Of a DNA stretch of 64,000 bases, positions 58,661 to 64,000 are shown piece by piece. This DNA is from an uncultured Synechococcus sp. (GTDB taxonomy: Bacteria; Cyanobacteriota; Cyanobacteriia; PCC-6307; Cyanobiaceae), in contig CAJWYF010000005.1 in the NCBI GenBank assembly GCA_913049535.1, positions 9,962 to 73,961 on the forward strand, in the 5' to 3' direction. A program made the translations under genes and the position numbers. Positions within the stretch are counted from its first letter, which is position 1. Each line of letters starts with the position of its first letter. The notes under the pieces were generated by a model. That model did not search any database, was not told where the DNA came from, and was given only the letters and a program-made list of their open reading frames with translations.

Positions 58661-59259
58661 AGGGCCGGAGGGAGGTCGTCACTGGTGAAACCGTAGAGGT
58701 TCTGCGCCACCAGCTCCGGTAACAGGGTGGCCGGGACGAGTTCCGGGTTGGGGTGGCGGCGGATGATGGAGCTGGCGGAAGCCGGAATTTCCAGCGGCAG
58801 CTCTTCAATGCTTGCCCCCAGAGTCCTGAGTCGATCCAGGGCATCGGCTGCCAGCGGCCAGCCCTGCCGTGGCACGACGGCCAGGCGGCATTGGCCGAGC
58901 CATTCGCCAACCGCATACCAGCGGGGGATTTGCTCCACCAGGTCGGTGCCCACCACAAAGACGGGTTCCTCCTGCGGAAACAAACGCTGGGCTGCGCTGA
59001 TGCTGTCGATGGCGCGGCGGCTGCTGAGGTCCTGGCGCAGCTGCAACCGATGGGGCTCTTGATGGGCTGCAAGGCTCTCCACTACAGCCCCCAGCAGCGC
59101 TGCGCGCACCTCCAGGGGCGCACCATGCTCCTTAAAAGGGTTGTCACTGGCCCAGGTGCAGACCCTCGGGTAGAGCTGCAGCAGTCCGGCAAGAACGGCT
59201 TGGTGCCCAACGGTTGGTGGATCGGCGCTGGTGCCGAACAGGGCCATGGCGCTGGTCAT
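58645..59259 (-). CDS. nadD: Nicotinate-nucleotide adenylyltransferase
   Basis: LFGTSADPPTVGH, DNPFK, FVVGTDL, SSSIIR; ATG 59259 overlaps upstream stop. Confidence 0.9.
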   Translation of the reverse strand: MTSAMALFGTSADPPTVGHQAVLAGLLQLYPRVCTWASDNPFKEHGAPLEVRAALLGAVVESLAAHQEPHRLQLRQDLSSRRAIDSISAAQRLFPQEEPVFVVGTDLVEQIPRWYAVGEWLGQCRLAVVPRQGWPLAADALDRLRTLGASIEELPLEIPASASSIIRRHPNPELVPATLLPELVAQNLYGFTSDDLPPALCGSP

Positions 59260-60545
59260 GGAAGCCCCACCTCCGGCGCCCAGGGCCTGTGGTGTTGCAG
59301 CCAGCGGCTGGCCTGGGGATCGAGGCGCTGCAAGCGCCGCAGCAGGCTGGCCGGGCGGCTGGGGCCGCGGTGCACCGAAAGCAGCAGCTGGCGCGTCGCT
59401 TCTCGGCCGGTCATGCGGGTGCCATGGACCGCCAGGGCTGCCTGGGCCAGGGCCACAGGCGCGGCAGGCGCCAGGCTGAGACCACCGCTGATGGGCGCGG
59501 CCAGCAGCAGCAGTTGTTTGATCAGCCCCAGTCCCCCTTGGAGCCCCCACTGCACCCCGCCCATCAGCAGGCTCTGCCCGCCGATCCGCTGCAGCAGCCG
59601 GCGGGTCATGGGACCGTGCAGCGGGACGCCATAGAGCTTGGCCAGCTGCACGATCAACGTGCTGTCCACCGCCGCGCTACCCGCGAGATCCAGCAGCACC
59701 AACGGGTTGGCGGCCAGGCCTGCGGCTTTGACGCTGGCGCAGCGGCCGATCAGGGCCTGGGCGGCTTGACGCCGCTGTCCCAGGCGCCAGCTCAGCAGTC
59801 GCCCGCTGAAGCCATCAGCCGCTCGCAGACTGTTGATGGCCAGCAGCAGCTCGCCGTGCTGCTCAAGTAGGGCATCGAGCCGCTCTAGCAGCGGCTCCAC
59901 CTCCGGCGCTACCGCCACGGTTCGCACCCGTCCATCGGCCAGCAGGGCCGGCCGGCGCGGTGCGGCGGCCACCCAGATCAAGGCGTCGCTCGAGCCGCTG
60001 CGGCGCTGGATGGCCTGTTCAAGTTCGCGCTGCTGTTCTGCGCTGTAGTGATCGGCGCGATTGGCCACCAGCAGTACCGGTTTGCCGCTGGCCCGCAGGG
60101 TGTCGAGGGCTGCCAGCTCAGGGTTGCTGATGTCCCCATCAAGAACCATCACCACCAGATCGCTGCCGGTGGCCACGCGCCGCGCCAACCGCTGCCGCGC
60201 GGCCGCTGCGATTTCATCGATTCCCGGGGTGTCGACCAATTCCAGCTGGCCGCCATGGCCCCAGGGGCGATGCCAGGGGGCAACGGCCTGATGGCGTGTG
60301 GAGCCATGGGCCACATCCGTCGCGAAGTGCGCCTGGCCGAGCAGGGCATTGAGCAGGCTGCTCTTGCCCACACCCACACGGCCGAAAACCGCCAGGCGCA
60401 GCTCACGCCGCTCGAGCCGTTGCAGTTGCCGGTCCAGGCTCTGCAACTCAGGACCCAGCAGGGACTGCTCGCGCCGGCTGAGCTGCAGTTCGGCGCGCCA
60501 GCGCTGCAGGCAGCGGGTGATGCTGTCGGTGCGATGGGGTGGCAT
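59256..60545 (-). CDS. GTP-binding protein with DUF697-like C-terminal domain
   Basis: GRVGVGKSS, DTPG, NRAD (NKxD-like); C-terminal hydrophobic region. Confidence 0.85.
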   Translation of the reverse strand: MPPHRTDSITRCLQRWRAELQLSRREQSLLGPELQSLDRQLQRLERRELRLAVFGRVGVGKSSLLNALLGQAHFATDVAHGSTRHQAVAPWHRPWGHGGQLELVDTPGIDEIAAAARQRLARRVATGSDLVVMVLDGDISNPELAALDTLRASGKPVLLVANRADHYSAEQQRELEQAIQRRSGSSDALIWVAAAPRRPALLADGRVRTVAVAPEVEPLLERLDALLEQHGELLLAINSLRAADGFSGRLLSWRLGQRRQAAQALIGRCASVKAAGLAANPLVLLDLAGSAAVDSTLIVQLAKLYGVPLHGPMTRRLLQRIGGQSLLMGGVQWGLQGGLGLIKQLLLLAAPISGGLSLAPAAPVALAQAALAVHGTRMTGREATRQLLLSVHRGPSRPASLLRRLQRLDPQASRWLQHHRPWAPEVGLP

Positions 60546-61543
60546 CAGCGCAGGGGCTCCGCTCGGGGCCGCTTCCAGCCGGCCAAGACCGCCAGCACCA
60601 CCTCGGCACCGACAAGGCCGACGAAAGCGCCGAATTCATCCACCACCACACGAACCGAGTCGCTGTCCCGGCGGAAACTGGTGAGCAGCCGGTCGGCGCG
60701 GATCATTTCCGGCACAAACTGCACCGGTTCCGAGAGGCTGGCCGCTGTGGCATGGCCGCGGCCTTGCACCAGTGCCGTCAGCAGGCTGTCGCGGCTGGAG
60801 ACCCCCAGCACCTCATCCACCTCCTCCCCCAGGACAACCCACCAGGGGTCCTCTTGGCTGAGAAGGGTGTCGCGCAGATCATCCAGCCGAGCCTGCGCAC
60901 GGATGGTCGGTGCCGAGACCCGCGGCAGCATCAAATCCCGTGCGGTGAGGTCATTGAGTTGAAAGACCTTGGCAATCATTGCCGCCTCATCGGCTTCGAT
61001 GCGGCCGGTCTGGGAGCCGAGCCTGGCGAGCAGGCGAATCTCGCCTTCATCGGTGGTCAGCTCGGCCTGCTCGCTGAGGCTGGGCATCAGCCGCTCGAGC
61101 AGCACGATCAGCGGTGTCCCCAGCCGCGTCAGCAGGGCCAGGGTGGGCGCCGCCAGCAGGGACGTGCTGGCCGCCATGCGGGTGCCGAAGGCTTTGGGCA
61201 GGATCTCTCCCATCAGGATCACCAGGACGGTGAAGCTGAAGGAGAAGGCGGTCAGTGCTGATCCCTGCAGGCCGTGGTGGCGAAAGATCACAGCGGCCAA
61301 GGCGCCGAGCATCAGGCTGCCGAAGATGTTGAAGACGTTGTTCACCACCACCAGCACCACCAGCACGCGGCCGAGGCGGTTTTTGAGGCTCTGCAGCAGC
61401 TGCGCGCCCGGCACGCCACGAGCCACCATTTCATGTACGCGCAGCGGATTCACCGTCAGCAGGGCCGCCTCAACCCCTGAGCAGAGGGCCGACCCGGCGA
61501 CCAACACGACCACGAGGCCGGCTAAGACGAGGAAATCGCTCAC
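60545..61543 (-). CDS. CNNM/DUF21-CBS domain membrane protein (CorC/HlyC-like)
   Basis: SGVEAALL, GEILPKA, LTARDLMLPR, VVDEFG; GTG 61543. Confidence 0.85.
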   Translation of the reverse strand: MSDFLVLAGLVVVLVAGSALCSGVEAALLTVNPLRVHEMVARGVPGAQLLQSLKNRLGRVLVVLVVVNNVFNIFGSLMLGALAAVIFRHHGLQGSALTAFSFSFTVLVILMGEILPKAFGTRMAASTSLLAAPTLALLTRLGTPLIVLLERLMPSLSEQAELTTDEGEIRLLARLGSQTGRIEADEAAMIAKVFQLNDLTARDLMLPRVSAPTIRAQARLDDLRDTLLSQEDPWWVVLGEEVDEVLGVSSRDSLLTALVQGRGHATAASLSEPVQFVPEMIRADRLLTSFRRDSDSVRVVVDEFGAFVGLVGAEVVLAVLAGWKRPRAEPLR

Positions 61544-61611
61544 GGAAACCCGGGCGCCGGGCCAACCTGACACACTCATTTAACCGCCTGCCCCAAGGGC
61601 CGTCAGACCCC

Positions 61612-62922
61612 GTGCCGATCTCTCACGCCGCCCGGCGTCAATTGTTCATCGACGCCCTTGAGGGCCAGGCCGCTGTGATTCCAGCGGCACAGGCGATGCA
61701 ACACCACGCCGATGTGGAGTTTCCCTTCCGTCAGAACAGCGATTTCTGGTACCTGACTGGTTTTGATGAACCGGGCGCAGTGGCCCTGTTTCTGCCGCAT
61801 CGCCCTGAGACCCCCTTCGTGCTGTTCGTCCCGCCCAAGGACGCCACCGCTGAGGTGTGGGAGGGGTTCCGCTGGGGCACCGAGGGGGCGGTGCAGACCT
61901 TCGGGGCTGACATGGCCCATCCCCTGGATCAGCTGGAGGCGTTGCTGCCGGACTACCTCAGCGGCGCCGATGGCATCTGCTTCCGTGTGGGGCGTCATGC
62001 GGCTGTTGAGCCCCTGGTGCTGAGGGCCTGGGCCCAGCAGCTGGACCGTGCGCCGAGGCTGGGGATGGCGCCCCGGCAGCTCAGTGCCCCCTGCCCGATC
62101 CTGCATGCCATGCGGCTGCGCAAGGAGCCCGAGGAACTGGAGCGGATGCGCCTGGCGGCCCGCATCAGCGCCGAGGCCCATGAGCAAGCCCGGCAGATGG
62201 CGCGCCCTGGCCAGAACGAGGCTCAGGTCCGGGCGACGCTGGAGCAACATTTTCTGGCCAGTGGCACCAGGGGTTTCGCTTACCCCTCGATCGTGGCCGG
62301 CGGAGACAACGCCTGCATTCTTCACTACACCGCCAACAACGCACCGCTGCAGGACGGAGACCTGCTGCTGATCGATGCCGGCTGCTCGTTGAGTGACTAC
62401 TACAACGGCGACATCACCCGCACCTTCCCAATCAACGGCCGCTTCACCGGCGAGCAGCGCGAGCTCTACGCCCTGGTGCTGCAAGCCCAGGAAGCAGCGA
62501 TCGCGGAGGTGCGCCCTGGTGCCACCGCCGAGCAGGTGCATGACCGTGCTGTGCGTGTGCTGGTGGAGGGTCTGCTCGAGCTTGGTCTGCTCTGCGGCGA
62601 AGCCGATGGACTGATCGAGCAGGGGGCCTATCGCCACCTTTACATGCATCGCACCGGCCACTGGCTGGGACTCGATGTGCACGACGTGGGGGCCTATCGC
62701 CTCGGTGACCACCACGTCAGCCTTGAGTCGGGCATGGTGCTGACCGTCGAGCCAGGCCTGTACATCAGTGACCGTCTGCAGCCGCCCGAGGGGCAGCCGG
62801 CCATTGATGATCGCTGGAAGGGCATCGGCATCCGCATCGAGGACGATGTGGCCGTGTGTCCCGACGGGGCTGAGGTGCTCTCGGCCGCGGCGCTCAAGAG
62901 CATCGAGGCCATGGAGCGCTGA
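61612..62922 (+). CDS. pepP: Xaa-Pro aminopeptidase (aminopeptidase P)
   Basis: FRQNSDFWYLTG, ILHY, LIDAG, GDITRTFP, HWLGLDVHD, TVEPGLY, IRIEDD. Confidence 0.95.
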   Translation: MPISHAARRQLFIDALEGQAAVIPAAQAMQHHADVEFPFRQNSDFWYLTGFDEPGAVALFLPHRPETPFVLFVPPKDATAEVWEGFRWGTEGAVQTFGADMAHPLDQLEALLPDYLSGADGICFRVGRHAAVEPLVLRAWAQQLDRAPRLGMAPRQLSAPCPILHAMRLRKEPEELERMRLAARISAEAHEQARQMARPGQNEAQVRATLEQHFLASGTRGFAYPSIVAGGDNACILHYTANNAPLQDGDLLLIDAGCSLSDYYNGDITRTFPINGRFTGEQRELYALVLQAQEAAIAEVRPGATAEQVHDRAVRVLVEGLLELGLLCGEADGLIEQGAYRHLYMHRTGHWLGLDVHDVGAYRLGDHHVSLESGMVLTVEPGLYISDRLQPPEGQPAIDDRWKGIGIRIEDDVAVCPDGAEVLSAAALKSIEAMER

Positions 62923-62925
62923 GCT

Positions 62926-64000
62926 CTAGACCAGCTCCAGCACAAACCAGAACAGGAACACCACCAGCAGCATCAAGCCTTCGCTGCCGAGCACCCGGTT
63001 GTGGGGCCGCAGCAGGAACAAGGTCAGCGCCAGCAGGACCATGGCGTAGGGCTCCAGCCCAAGGATCACCTCGGTGCCGGTGAGCTGGCCGATCACCAGA
63101 ACAGCGGGCACGGTCAGGCTGATGGTGGACAGCACCGAGCCATAGAGGGTGTTCAGGGCCCGTTGCAGCTTCCCTCTGCGGGTGGCCTGAATGGCGTTGA
63201 TCGCCTCTGGGGTCAAGATCAGAGCGGCCACCAGGATGCCCGCCAGGGCCCCTGGCAGGTGCAATTCATTGACGCCGCGCTCGATCAGCTGTCCCATCGA
63301 TTCGGCGATGACCACCACGATGGCGAGGGTGCCCATCAGCAGGGCACCGGCCTGCCAGGGCCCCCCCTGCAACTCGGCGGCATGGCGGCTGGCAGCGGGG
63401 GAGTTCTCATCGAAGGGTTCGATGAAGAAGTCGCGATAGGCCCCCATTTGGTTGGAGAGAAACAGCCCGTACACCACAAGCGCCACGACCGAGAGGACGA
63501 TGTTGAGGGGCAGGCTGAAATTCCCCTGGTCGGTGTCAGTGCTGAAGTTGGGGATGATCAGCACCAGCACACTCATGGTGCTGATGAGGTTGTAGTAGAC
63601 CATCGCCCCTGGAAGGTTGGGCGCGGCAAGGTCCTCGACCCGCATGGGCGCGTTGGGTTTTTGCTTCTTTTTCTGCATGCGCGTGGTCAGGCCCATGCAC
63701 AGTCCGGTGATGCCCGTCAGGGCGATCATCAGCACCGAAAACATCGAATCCCGCGCCAGGGTCGGGTTTTGATCGCCGGTGAGCATGGTGCTGCCGATCA
63801 GCGCCAGTTCGATCACGATCACCGAGCCCGTCAACACGAGGGTGCCGTAGGGCTCCCCCAGCTCCTCGGCCAGCAACTCAGCCTGATCGGCCACCTGGTT
63901 GGAGAGCACCACCACCACGGCACCCAGCAGGGCCAGGCCGGTGATGATGGCTGCAGCACTGCCGGCCAGGAGCCACTCCAAAAGGCCGCTGAAGCTGAGG
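62926..64000 (-). CDS. Ca2+/H+ antiporter (ChaA/CaCA family), 5' end beyond window
   Basis: LGEPYGTL...VIELALI, ARDSMFS, LTPEAINA, NTLYGS; frame stays open to window end. Confidence 0.88.
   Translation of the reverse strand, partial: LSFSGLLEWLLAGSAAAIITGLALLGAVVVVLSNQVADQAELLAEELGEPYGTLVLTGSVIVIELALIGSTMLTGDQNPTLARDSMFSVLMIALTGITGLCMGLTTRMQKKKQKPNAPMRVEDLAAPNLPGAMVYYNLISTMSVLVLIIPNFSTDTDQGNFSLPLNIVLSVVALVVYGLFLSNQMGAYRDFFIEPFDENSPAASRHAAELQGGPWQAGALLMGTLAIVVVIAESMGQLIERGVNELHLPGALAGILVAALILTPEAINAIQATRRGKLQRALNTLYGSVLSTISLTVPAVLVIGQLTGTEVILGLEPYAMVLLALTLFLLRPHNRVLGSEGLMLLVVFLFWFVLELV

Overview
64 kb of a high-GC picocyanobacterial (Synechococcus/Cyanobium-like) chromosome. The core backbone is: 4Fe-4S ferredoxin, aldo/keto reductase, rsmG, J-domain protein, bioA, fumC, then bioD-C-H-F, a Ski2-like helicase, purB, tlyA, glnB, queF, ccs1, ccdA, a lytic transglycosylase, ftsW, apcE-apcABC, the atp1-atpBEF'FHAG operon, ferredoxin, ald, nadE, nadD, a GTPase, pepP and a Ca2+/H+ antiporter. 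Two accessory blocks interrupt it. (1) A ~19.5 kb island (5886-25320) lies between bioD and fumC-bioA. Its first 13 kb look like a single operon joining two DUF2231 membrane proteins and a CuA-less alternative respiratory terminal oxidase (ARTO) to a tandem [GMC oxidoreductase + GH63-like glycosidase] x2 array. The rest holds an MFS exporter, two VOC proteins, a cupin-gluconolactonase-Nif11-GlcG operon and a DoxX-glucose 1-dehydrogenase pair. I infer a candidate glycoside-to-O2 respiratory module. (2) A ~2.3 kb islet (31400-33730) of co-oriented small membrane ORFs plus a Coq4-like gene, where three units are each preceded by a copy of a ~20-bp element 52-58 nt upstream of the start codon. No tRNA, rRNA, CRISPR array, integrase or transposase was seen. 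All family assignments are by motif recognition, with no database search.
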